Source: a phage
Reading direction: 5' to 3' (one strand)
Length of the DNA: 64,000 nt
Assembly (NCBI GenBank): GCA_033286805.1
Contig: GCA_033286805.1_4727.1
Within the stretch, counting starts at the first letter, position 1, and every line of letters begins with the position of its first letter. A program made the position numbers and the translations under genes. This document shows positions 9,400 to 18,634 of the stretch, piece after piece. The notes under the pieces were generated by a model that saw nothing but the letters and a program-made list of their open reading frames with translations, did not search any database and was not told the DNA's origin.

Positions 9400-11958
9400 T
9401 TACTGTTCGTCGCGTTCCAACAGATACTCGGAAGCGGTAATACCGTTTACCGTACGTACTGCTTTCAGACGAGTATCATCACTCAGAATCACGGTAACAG
9501 ATTGCAGACCTTTTACTTTGGTTTCGAAGGTCTTGAACACCTGATCCAGCATACGAGCAATGCTTGGGTTGGTTGCAGCCGATGCGTGGGTGTAACCGCT
9601 TTGGTTCAGCTTCAGAATCTTGGCGTTGGTCGGTACGCGAACAACAACATGCGGACGCATCGCGAACACGCTATGATTAAACCAGTAAGCATCGTTGCTA
9701 TCTTCGTCGGTAACGATGTCTGGATTAACACGCATATCCTCGACAGCCGCATCCGCCAAACGCCGTTCGATTTCGTCAGCATCCAGAGAGCCATCTTTCT
9801 CCAGTTCTGCACGATACTCACTCATGGCAACCAGATGACGTTCACGATTCGCAGCGGATTTTTCGTGAGCTGCTTTCAGGTAGTCATGCATGTTGTACAG
9901 TTCAGCCATGGAAAGACGAATGTTCCACTGACCTTCGCCATCACGATTGCAGTAGAGGCACTTCAGCATGTTGACCCAGGTATAGTAGCAATTGGAGAAT
10001 TCATCTTCAATGAACTTCTGGTCCATTTTAAGATCGTGAATCAGCCAACCGGACAGTTCTCCGATATCATCAACGAAGCTAGAGATGGTGGTTTCAGAGA
10101 AGTTCTTCGGTACGATACGTTTGATCAGCTTGTTAACGTCTTTGGTCATGCTATCGTTCAGGAAATGCCAGATACGCAGAGGAATGACATCTCGATACTG
10201 TTGCATGATCTGACGATAAGCTTTGATATCGTCGCTACGACCTTTATCAATAGACAACGCATCCAGGAATTCATGGATTGCATCCAGCTCTTTGTCGGTA
10301 TAGGTTCCCAGATAGGAATTGACGGTGGCCAGGAATGCTAATGCGTCGTTTTGGTTGACGTCGGTGTTGGTCTGCTGAATGATCGCTACTGAAGCTTTGG
10401 TTTCAGCATCCTCAACGCTTGACGCTGCGATCGCATCGGTGACGGTAAACAGTTTCATTTCGCGCTGCTCACCGACAACGATTGGCTCACGCTGAACCGG
10501 CTTGTTAAGGCTAACACGAACAACTTCTGCTTGCGCGATACGATCCAGTTTTGCCATTTCCTGCTCTGCCATACGACGAGCGGTTGGATCTGATTCAAGT
10601 TCGATGTATTCCACTTCTTCCTCCGTGAGGGATGTAATGTCAACAATGGTTTCATGAAGAATTCCGTTTTCGTCGATACGTGCTCGACGAGCGAAGTGCC
10701 TGAAGTCATACAACGTCGGCCAACGACTATTAGGTGCAAAGTCTTTGGCTTTCAGACGCATCTGCATAAATTCTTCATGTTGAACAACACGACCGTAACG
10801 CTTAGCATCTTCGGTCGCATCAATTGGATTAACGGTCTTTGTTGCCGTAGCGGAACGAGCCGTACGAACCGGTTCCGGTTTCACCTGCGCAGGTTCAGGT
10901 TGAACGGGTTTCTGCTGCCCAGCCTTAACATGCCATTCTGGCTCTTCGTACTGTTCAGCAAATTGCTCGGCCGCTGCAAAGATATCGTTGATACCACCAA
11001 TATCTCCTTCAGGATTTGTCGAATATACTCGTGGTTGCGGTGCCTCGTAACGCGGCGCTGCGGTAGCAGGCGCGGCATCAACGATAGGATCATCATCACC
11101 AACATCATACAAACGGTTGAACGCACAATCCTTCGAATCAATGTACGATGGTGTTTGTGGTTGGACAACCGTAGGTCGAGGTTGTGTGCCGTATCCTGGT
11201 GTTGTTGGAGCCATACCACGCATAACTGCAGGACTAGGTTGGTATTGCGGTTGTGGGTAGGTTCCACCATACATGGCGTACGCAGGCTGTTGTGGTTGAC
11301 CATACCCGTTGCTAACCATCGCACTTGCTTGCGGCCCACGATAAGTCATCCCCATCTGCATCACCTGCTGCTTCAAACCACGTGACTTCTGAGCGATTTG
11401 CGCTAGGCTTCCGCTTTTATTCAGCTGCGTGTACTTGTTCGCGGCTTCCGGGTTAATGCGTGATAATTCAATCGCGCGATAATATTCCGGGTACTGATTA
11501 GGTTCAAAGAGCCACGTTACAAGATGATACAGCGCAACTGTGCTCACAGCAGCAGAGACGATCTGGTCGTCGGACGCGTTCTGTGGCATCGGGTTGATGT
11601 AAGAGAACACGTTCCAACAACAGTCTTCAACAAGCGATTCCATCATCATATCGTTATTGGTATAACGTGCGACGAACTCGGTTTGTATTTTGTCTTGCTG
11701 AGCGAAGTCTTTCAGGACATTAAAGATGGCTTGACGGATTTTGACGATCGTCGCTTCTTGGGTGATGAAGTTATAGTTCTGCTGATATGAGGGTTGTTGG
11801 TATTGTGGTGGTTGATAGGCGTTATTCGGATATGCACCGTACGGCGATTGCTGATACTGCTGCTGACGAACCTGTTCAGCCGCATAATTAATCGTGCTCG
11901 CATAAGGGTTTTCGCTATAGCCCATTTGCTGATACATGTTGTTACTGCCATTATACAT
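9400..11958 (-). CDS. hypothetical protein (852 aa) with Q/Y/P-rich low-complexity N-terminus and a second Q/P/Y-rich region
   Basis: ORF track; AAGGA RBS; N-terminal about 65 aa and aa 200 to 272 are Q/Y/P/N-rich. Confidence 0.7.
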   Translation of the reverse strand: MYNGSNNMYQQMGYSENPYASTINYAAEQVRQQQYQQSPYGAYPNNAYQPPQYQQPSYQQNYNFITQEATIVKIRQAIFNVLKDFAQQDKIQTEFVARYTNNDMMMESLVEDCCWNVFSYINPMPQNASDDQIVSAAVSTVALYHLVTWLFEPNQYPEYYRAIELSRINPEAANKYTQLNKSGSLAQIAQKSRGLKQQVMQMGMTYRGPQASAMVSNGYGQPQQPAYAMYGGTYPQPQYQPSPAVMRGMAPTTPGYGTQPRPTVVQPQTPSYIDSKDCAFNRLYDVGDDDPIVDAAPATAAPRYEAPQPRVYSTNPEGDIGGINDIFAAAEQFAEQYEEPEWHVKAGQQKPVQPEPAQVKPEPVRTARSATATKTVNPIDATEDAKRYGRVVQHEEFMQMRLKAKDFAPNSRWPTLYDFRHFARRARIDENGILHETIVDITSLTEEEVEYIELESDPTARRMAEQEMAKLDRIAQAEVVRVSLNKPVQREPIVVGEQREMKLFTVTDAIAASSVEDAETKASVAIIQQTNTDVNQNDALAFLATVNSYLGTYTDKELDAIHEFLDALSIDKGRSDDIKAYRQIMQQYRDVIPLRIWHFLNDSMTKDVNKLIKRIVPKNFSETTISSFVDDIGELSGWLIHDLKMDQKFIEDEFSNCYYTWVNMLKCLYCNRDGEGQWNIRLSMAELYNMHDYLKAAHEKSAANRERHLVAMSEYRAELEKDGSLDADEIERRLADAAVEDMRVNPDIVTDEDSNDAYWFNHSVFAMRPHVVVRVPTNAKILKLNQSGYTHASAATNPSIARMLDQVFKTFETKVKGLQSVTVILSDDTRLKAVRTVNGITASEYLLERDEQ

Positions 11959-11992
11959 TTCTTACGATCCTTTTTATTTATTCGGTTATGTG

Positions 11993-13789
11993 TCAATCGA
12001 TTATGTCACGATCGTTAATTTCTACAATTTCTTCATCGAATCGACCGACGTCTTTCTTCAAGCCTGCATTGGTTGCTGCAACGTCATTTGCAATTTGTGG
12101 GGTAATGATTAACCGACCACGTTCGTCGATAGGTGCGTACATACTGAACTTTTGACGTCCGGTTGGTTCGGAGTGTGGAAGATTCAGATAGCTTGCACAG
12201 AACGGGATGGAACCACTAACCAAACGACTCTCGTCAGCCAATGCAGCACCGCCTGCGTTTTGGCTCTGGAGAACAACATGCGTGCTCACTTTGAACAGCA
12301 TGCAATCACCCGGTGACTGAATCGATGTTGCCACTTTCTCACGTTTATCACGATTGCTCTGGATATTGAGAATCGCTTCCGTTGCAACTTGATTTCGCAA
12401 CGCCTTCTGCACATCGCGATTGGTCATCTCTTTACGGTTGTTCTGTCGTTTGCCACGTTCTGTGGTTTTAAGATGGAACCCCAGTTTAAAGATGCTTTTA
12501 CGCACATCCTCCATGACATATTCCAACACCATCAATTCCTTACCGAACATCGTCGTGGTGTCAACACGACTCATTTCGATAGTAACATTGTCAATCAGAT
12601 ACGCCATAAATTCGTAGAAGTCGTCGCAAGGAATATTTTCCTGTTTGAACTTCTTCTGTTGAATTTCGTCAACGTAAAGATCGAGACTGTCGATGTGGTG
12701 GTTTACATCACGCAACAAACGCGCATCCGCATTGTTGTTATTAAAGATAATCAAACCGAGTAATGTACGCCAATGGTCTGGCGCATTTGCGAACTCCTCA
12801 ACCGGATAGTCTTCCGGAAAACGATCGTAATAACGGTCGATGAGATATAGGAACGCACCGACAAGGCCAAGAACAATACGTTCCGTGCCTCCACGTCTTA
12901 CAGCAATTTGAATATCAGGATGTTTGTAACGTACAGCGCTAGCGCTACGGCTTTTACCGCTTTTGCTGATACTAAAGCCTTTAGGAATAACCCCCATGGT
13001 GCGATAGATTACCCATTGGTCACGCGGAAAATCACGTTCAGCAAGGTTCCGTCCGGTTACGGCTTCGACACCTGCAAAACGTCGGAAACACTCACCCACC
13101 CCGTACTTCGCAAAGAGATAGTGACCCAGTGTGGTTACGCTGGTGTGGTTGATGTTGTCACCGTTCACTTTACTTTGTTTGGTAAGATGATAGATTTGCG
13201 ACCAGGGTAATGACAGGTAATGACGATAATCGATACCGGTCGGTGTATCATTGCTCAGGAACTGATACGGTGTACGTTTAACCGTGATTTTATCACGCGG
13301 AAGCATGATGAACGCCATGTCTTTCGTGTAACTGATTACGGGGTCAGCGAGTACCGCACTGAGAATGAAGTTCGCACCACGTAGACGCATTTTACCACCC
13401 TGACCTACCGCGGGTAATAGGAGAGGATGTCGGATAATGCAGTAGTCCTTTCCGGGTTCACGACGGTCGCCTGATTCCATCGCGCCGTACCAGCGGAATT
13501 CCAGCATCACCATAAACACATCGGAAGGCGCAAGGTCGAAGGTCAGCTTACCGCTATCCTTCCCTTTGGTTTTCTTTCCTCCGCTTAAGTAGTGGAACTG
13601 TTCGCGGGCCATACAGCGACGCAGGCCATGATACACCAGATCCTTAGGTAAACTATCTTTGCTGTTCCGCCAAAGACGATCAACATAGGACTCAACATCT
13701 TGCATCTTATCGACGACGATGTTGCGTGCTATCTTCTCGTTCATCTTCGGTGCAAGCTCAGCGACAGCTTTGCAGAATCTAGGATCCAT
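11993..13789 (-). CDS. hypothetical protein (598 aa)
   Basis: ORF track start 13792 is GTG; adjacent ATG at 13789 has AAAGGAG RBS at 6 nt spacing. Confidence 0.65.
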   Translation of the reverse strand: MDPRFCKAVAELAPKMNEKIARNIVVDKMQDVESYVDRLWRNSKDSLPKDLVYHGLRRCMAREQFHYLSGGKKTKGKDSGKLTFDLAPSDVFMVMLEFRWYGAMESGDRREPGKDYCIIRHPLLLPAVGQGGKMRLRGANFILSAVLADPVISYTKDMAFIMLPRDKITVKRTPYQFLSNDTPTGIDYRHYLSLPWSQIYHLTKQSKVNGDNINHTSVTTLGHYLFAKYGVGECFRRFAGVEAVTGRNLAERDFPRDQWVIYRTMGVIPKGFSISKSGKSRSASAVRYKHPDIQIAVRRGGTERIVLGLVGAFLYLIDRYYDRFPEDYPVEEFANAPDHWRTLLGLIIFNNNNADARLLRDVNHHIDSLDLYVDEIQQKKFKQENIPCDDFYEFMAYLIDNVTIEMSRVDTTTMFGKELMVLEYVMEDVRKSIFKLGFHLKTTERGKRQNNRKEMTNRDVQKALRNQVATEAILNIQSNRDKREKVATSIQSPGDCMLFKVSTHVVLQSQNAGGAALADESRLVSGSIPFCASYLNLPHSEPTGRQKFSMYAPIDERGRLIITPQIANDVAATNAGLKKDVGRFDEEIVEINDRDIID

Positions 13790-13828
13790 CACACACTCCT
13801 TTCAGAAAGTTGCTTAAGCAGATTAAAG

Positions 13829-15265
13829 TTACTTTTTCGATGACGCTTTCTCAAGAATCTTGAAAAAGGTCATACCTATACCGACAACAGCCGCGGTTAT
13901 GCTTGCAGCGGCTTTCCAAACATCGACGTTACGTTGACGTCGCGCTTCTTCCGCTTCACGTTGTCTTTTTGCCTCTTCATCACGTCGACGTATCTCAGCA
14001 GCAAACTCGTCGTGCTTACGTTTGGATTCTTCGTCTCGACGACGAAGTTCAGCGACGAATTCTTCATGTTTGCGTTTAGCCTCGTCATCACGACGTTTTA
14101 AATCAGCTTGATAATCTTCGTGTATTTGTTTACGTAGATCATCTTGACGCTTCATTTCGGCTTGGTGTTGTTCCATCCTACGTTTTTGTTCGTCTTTAAG
14201 CTGATCGAGTTCGGCTTTATGTTGTTCATCACGCAGCTTTGCGTCGGCGCGATGCGCCTCATGCATCTGTGCGATAACTGCCTTGTGTTCATCCGCCATA
14301 CGTCGCATTTCAGCCATCACCCCTTTAAGGGTTTCTTCTGATGCCTTACGTTCGTAGCTACGTTGGTCGAAATCATTTTTGTAGGCTTCTTTTTGGATGG
14401 GGTCGCGCCAATGTAATGCCGATTCACGTGTCGGAAAAACATTGTACTTCCACATCTCTTTTTCCAAATCTTCGACCGGTACGAAGATGGAGTCATTATT
14501 ACCGAAGGTAACCAACATACCTGGCGCACCTGCTCCATTCGTTGGTTTTATTTCGAACGCTTTCCCCAGCACGTTAACCCATAAGCTATACGGATTATGA
14601 AAGTCGGGTGGCGTCCAATGGATAGTGAGTTGCGTTCCGAGAATCCGGAAACCCTCTGTTTTTCCCGTCAAGCTCCGCGCGCACGTTGCGATGTAGGGGT
14701 GATCAATCCCTTTCGTAACGTGGTCTGCGCTTTTGTATTCTCCTTTAACTTTTACGATTGCCACGTTGATTTGCGCGACATAAGCGGGTTGATTAAAGTT
14801 CAGCGTGTTGAGGTCAATTTGACATATTTCATCCAGCGTATCGTACCAGTCTTGCTGGTCTAATAGACGCGGCATTTTCTCTGTGTTAACAATACGACGG
14901 ATATGCGGTTTCCTTATCGCGTAACCTGTGCCGTTTTTAACACGGAGTATATCCCGACGTCTACCCGCGTAGACGAAGTTTCTGAATGCACCATTCGCAT
15001 TAGATACGTCATGGCTGTCAACTATTACAGGACTACGAAATTTTGAACGTCGTACGATCCTGAATGTATTGCCGTCCTCAACCCTACCAGGAATGTACTG
15101 GAACATATTGTCGGAGGTGATAACCAACACGGTATGGCCAGATTCATTAATACATGCCCATCCTAATTCCAGGTCATATAACGGTTCGGCATAACCGTCA
15201 ATGCGATATGCGTGCGTACCATCCCACGGTTCGAACGCGGTATCACATATTGGCATGGAGGGCAT
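13829..15265 (-). CDS. hypothetical tail-anchored coiled-coil protein (478 aa)
   Basis: ORF track start is TTG; ATG at 15265 has GGAGG RBS; globular N-terminal region, K/R/E/D-rich heptad-like region with 18-aa repeats, then hydrophobic segment AAASITAAVVGIGMTFFKIL near the C-terminus. Confidence 0.6.
   Translation of the reverse strand: MPSMPICDTAFEPWDGTHAYRIDGYAEPLYDLELGWACINESGHTVLVITSDNMFQYIPGRVEDGNTFRIVRRSKFRSPVIVDSHDVSNANGAFRNFVYAGRRRDILRVKNGTGYAIRKPHIRRIVNTEKMPRLLDQQDWYDTLDEICQIDLNTLNFNQPAYVAQINVAIVKVKGEYKSADHVTKGIDHPYIATCARSLTGKTEGFRILGTQLTIHWTPPDFHNPYSLWVNVLGKAFEIKPTNGAGAPGMLVTFGNNDSIFVPVEDLEKEMWKYNVFPTRESALHWRDPIQKEAYKNDFDQRSYERKASEETLKGVMAEMRRMADEHKAVIAQMHEAHRADAKLRDEQHKAELDQLKDEQKRRMEQHQAEMKRQDDLRKQIHEDYQADLKRRDDEAKRKHEEFVAELRRRDEESKRKHDEFAAEIRRRDEEAKRQREAEEARRQRNVDVWKAAASITAAVVGIGMTFFKILEKASSKK
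13925..14090. repeat. about 2.5 tandem copies of a 54-bp unit inside the coiled-coil gene
   Basis: repeated protein unit RRRDEE(A/S)KRKH(E/D)EF(V/A)AE(L/I); the DNA units are near-identical. Confidence 0.55.
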
Positions 15266-15415
15266 CGTCAACCTCCATCTGATTGAAAACTATCACGCAT
15301 AATACATTTCCCTTTTCTTGTTCTTATCAAGCCGACAGCCGACGGTTTCAGCATCGTTCCTAGCGCGAGAACGACCTTACGTGTTGTCTATGCCTTATTC
15401 ATCGAAGGCGTCTGT

Positions 15416-15473
15416 CACCTAGGTAATGTAAGCGTCAAATTTTTTCTATTCGCAACGATAAACGGCATAGAAA
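15416..15473 (-). promoter_or_regulatory. conserved roughly 60-nt intergenic element, copy 1 (CACCTAGGTAATGTA ... GCATAGAAACC), upstream of gene 13829..15265
   Basis: shares the CACCTAGGTAATGTA box and the CATAGAA box with copies at 21897 and 59195; sits immediately 3' (on the minus strand) of a GC-rich hairpin. Confidence 0.45.
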
Positions 15474-15502
15474 CCTCCCCCAACCCTTACGGGCTGAGGG
15501 AG
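15474..15502 (-). terminator. GC-rich hairpin downstream of the candidate capsid gene (CCTCCC...GGGAGG)
   Basis: inverted repeat with inner CCC-TTAC-GGG; lies between the capsid stop (15603) and the next promoter-like element. Confidence 0.5.
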
Positions 15503-15602
15503 GCTGACTTATGTATCACGGTGCCGGATGAATGTCCGGTGCAATGAAACCATCCGCAACGTTGTCGTCAAGAATATCATCCAACGAAGCAGCTACGGTA
15601 GT

Positions 15603-17825
15603 TCAGTTAGTCTGAACCGGCAGCTTGATGTTTTCAGTGTAGACCTTACGCAGGTTCACAACGTTAATCAGACCCAGCAGCGGGCAGTTGTTAACGAAGC
15701 GGCAGCGCGGCTGAACCATGGTTTCTTTAGAAACCTGACCGTTACGGGTAACCTGAGCAACAGATACCAGTTCCGGTACATACAGGAACATACCGAAGGT
15801 CAGCGGATCCGGAGAACCCTGGATACCACGAGACAGGGTCACGAAGATCTTATCGCGCAGCATGACGTTCGGGTTATCTACAACCACGAAGTTGAAGCTT
15901 ACACCAACGGTACGGAAATCGCCATCGGTCTGCAGGAACTGCGGGATGTAGTTGTCAGTTGCTACTACGCAACGCGGTTTCTCATCAGCGTTGGAAGACA
16001 GCAGCTGCAGAGCTGGCTGATAACCAGACTCAGAGTACATGCGGTATGCCATTTCACGAATCACGTTCATGATCGCAGCAGACACTTCAGCACGACGTTC
16101 TGCGGTGGTGGTACCCTGAACAGATTTCTCCAGGTCCAGGTTGATTTCTTCGAACCACGGACGGATCAGGTAACGACCGAAACCTTCGATCTGGATGTCA
16201 CCGAACTGACGGAAGCGAGAGGTCGCAACCGCTTTCAGTGCGTCTTTGTAGCTGAACAGTTTCTCAACCATCAGGTTGTCGAAACGTGCGTTAGCAGCTT
16301 GGATCAGAACGTCCAGGTCAGCAGCGTTTTCTTCCCAATCCAGCGGACGAGGAATGGAGAACGGAGCCAGCAGGCCGATTGCGTAACGTTCTTGCTTCAT
16401 GTTGAAGTCAAGGTGCTTACCGCGCTCACGACGGTTGCTGTTGTTACGGCGGATACGCAGTTCGTAACCAACCAGTTTGAAGCTCAGGTCTTCAGCCAGT
16501 TGTTTGAACTCTTCGCTCTTACGCGGTTGTTCGATGTTGTCCTGATCAACCAGGCGATACAGTTCAGCGTTAGCGCCGTTAACACGCAGACCCGCTTTCT
16601 CTACGTTGGAAGAACCGTAAACTTCGATCGCCAGCTGAGCAGCAGATTTCGCATCGATGATGTCCTGCAGCGCTTCAGCTTTCGCACCTTTAACGTCTTT
16701 GGTGTTCTCATCAACGAAGATGGAGTGAGTGTCGAACGCCAGGGTCATTTTGCGGAAGTCGCCTTCCAGGGATTTCTGGAAACCGTTGGTGATCAGACCA
16801 GATACGTCGAACGGTACGTAAGAGGTTTTGCTGTGCTTGGTAGATTTGATTTCCACCAGGATTTTGGTCAGCGTGATCTGGGCGTCCAGCGCGTCGGTGT
16901 TGTCGCTGTAACCGTTAGCCAGGATGCTATCGTCTTCAGCGATACCGATCATGTCGATCAGTTTATCAACAGCCAGGTAAGACGTTTTATAAGTTACGCC
17001 TTTAATTTCGATGTCACGCGGAGCAACGATAGTTTTGTCAACGAAGTACTGCGCGTTAGCATCGTCAGCACGATAGATCGGATGCAGATCGGTCACGTCG
17101 TTGGACAGAACGTCGTTGTACATGAACGCATCCAGCAGCGGACGACGTACCCAATCAGCCGGAGTACCGTCAGCGTTACGACGCAGGTGGTTGAACACCA
17201 GCGGACGACGGAAAGATACATCATAACCGATCTGGTTCGGAGCCAGAACGATGGTGTTGTACAGTTCGTTACCCATGCGGCTCAGACGAGAAGCCTTCAC
17301 GTTGAACACAACGGAGTACGGCATCATGTCACGCAGTTCTTTCTGGTCGTAGGACAGCTGAACCAGTTCTTCAGATTCGCAACCGCAGGAATCAGCAGCC
17401 ATCATGACGAAGTTAGAGCTATCGACTTCACGGCCAGACGGAGTGGTGCTGATGTTCATGGAACGTGCTTGTTTAGCATATTCCACCGGGTTGCCATGAG
17501 CCAGCATGATCAGTGCTGCTGCACGAGCCTGCTGTGCGTTCATGGTGAACAGCTGTTCTTCAATACGCTGCTTCTCTTCCGGAGTGGTGGTTTCGAAGCC
17601 CAGCATGGACAGAACCGGTTCTTCGGCTTTACGGATGTCGCTGCTGAAGCTCTTAACATCCATTTCGTTAACCAGTTTGTCCATGGATTTGAAATCAACC
17701 TTAGAAGCAGATTCCATAGACAGGAAGGTGTTCTCCAGACCTTTGTCTGCTGGTTTGCTACCATTAGCGGTCAGGAACTGGCGAGTGGCCGCGACCTGTT
17801 GGCTAAGAAGGGTTTTATCATTCAT
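15603..17825 (-). CDS. candidate major capsid protein (740 aa); alternative is tail sheath
   Basis: strongest codon bias in the window (CTG, CGT, GGT, GAA, AAA) indicating very high expression; the 740-aa size is in the range I recall for phiKZ-like major capsid proteins; AAAGGA RBS; hairpin immediately downstream; N-terminal region contains S/A/G-x-E sites compatible with prohead-protease processing. Confidence 0.55.
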   Translation of the reverse strand: MNDKTLLSQQVAATRQFLTANGSKPADKGLENTFLSMESASKVDFKSMDKLVNEMDVKSFSSDIRKAEEPVLSMLGFETTTPEEKQRIEEQLFTMNAQQARAAALIMLAHGNPVEYAKQARSMNISTTPSGREVDSSNFVMMAADSCGCESEELVQLSYDQKELRDMMPYSVVFNVKASRLSRMGNELYNTIVLAPNQIGYDVSFRRPLVFNHLRRNADGTPADWVRRPLLDAFMYNDVLSNDVTDLHPIYRADDANAQYFVDKTIVAPRDIEIKGVTYKTSYLAVDKLIDMIGIAEDDSILANGYSDNTDALDAQITLTKILVEIKSTKHSKTSYVPFDVSGLITNGFQKSLEGDFRKMTLAFDTHSIFVDENTKDVKGAKAEALQDIIDAKSAAQLAIEVYGSSNVEKAGLRVNGANAELYRLVDQDNIEQPRKSEEFKQLAEDLSFKLVGYELRIRRNNSNRRERGKHLDFNMKQERYAIGLLAPFSIPRPLDWEENAADLDVLIQAANARFDNLMVEKLFSYKDALKAVATSRFRQFGDIQIEGFGRYLIRPWFEEINLDLEKSVQGTTTAERRAEVSAAIMNVIREMAYRMYSESGYQPALQLLSSNADEKPRCVVATDNYIPQFLQTDGDFRTVGVSFNFVVVDNPNVMLRDKIFVTLSRGIQGSPDPLTFGMFLYVPELVSVAQVTRNGQVSKETMVQPRCRFVNNCPLLGLINVVNLRKVYTENIKLPVQTN

Positions 17826-17974
17826 TGAAAGTATCCTTTACAGAATTAACTTATATAAGTCGGTCGATAGACCATAGCGTACACGCGTGCATGCGCCACT
17901 ATAGTATCAGTAAACACTTACCGTTGTTTAGGCTGTGATACAACACTAAAAATGCCGCATAACTTTTCCCTACG

Positions 17975-18595
17975 TCATAAACGACGCAGGCGATAATGGA
18001 TGGAACGATTGGTGCAATATGAACGGAACAGCGGCAATTGCGCAACTTCCGCAAGACTCATATTAATTCGCAGGTGTTCAATAACGGCGCTGTAGTTATC
18101 AGCAATACGATCGCTCAATAACTCTTCTGCCAATAAAGGAAGACAATCGACAACAATCGCGATCACATCCTCATTAACATAACGCACCCGAACACTCAAC
18201 GGACGTTTGTCTGGGCTGTAAGTTGGATCCGCCAAACGACGTTCAATATCACGCGGATAGCTCGTCAGTAAATGGTAATAACCATTGTCATAACGATTGA
18301 TGTACTCACACAGCACATCAACATTCTTCTCTGGCGGCAAACCTGTTTCGTCATAGTGATACGCAAACATACCACCAAGCAGGTTGTTAAGATGAACTGC
18401 AGGGTTCGCTTGTTCGTGTTCTTTCGTGATGAAGAAAGGCACGTTTTGAGCTGCGAAATAAAAACCTACATCATTGGGCGATAGTATGCCGAAAAGACTT
18501 TTAGGGTCTAATAACACCTGTAAGTCATCACGCGCATTTCGAATAATCGCGTGTTCTACCCAATTCGGAACGACGAGATATCGGAGTTCCTTCAT
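17975..18595 (-). CDS. hypothetical protein (206 aa)
   Basis: ATG at 18595 with AGAGGT RBS; divergent from the helicase-like gene. Confidence 0.6.
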   Translation of the reverse strand: MKELRYLVVPNWVEHAIIRNARDDLQVLLDPKSLFGILSPNDVGFYFAAQNVPFFITKEHEQANPAVHLNNLLGGMFAYHYDETGLPPEKNVDVLCEYINRYDNGYYHLLTSYPRDIERRLADPTYSPDKRPLSVRVRYVNEDVIAIVVDCLPLLAEELLSDRIADNYSAVIEHLRINMSLAEVAQLPLFRSYCTNRSIHYRLRRL

Positions 18596-18634
18596 TATGA
18601 TTACCTCTTTGCAAGTATCGAAAGGATTGAGTCG

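Noticed and set aside
9502-11385. Plus-strand ORFs of 279 and 243 aa inside the 852-aa minus-strand gene
   Set aside because: Fully embedded antisense ORFs with no RBS; the minus-strand ORF is continuous with a good start context.
15528-17828. 766-aa plus-strand ORF spanning the whole candidate capsid gene
   Set aside because: Antisense shadow of a strongly codon-biased gene; no RBS; implausible composition (V/R/Q/F-rich); the sense gene has the RBS, codon bias and terminator.
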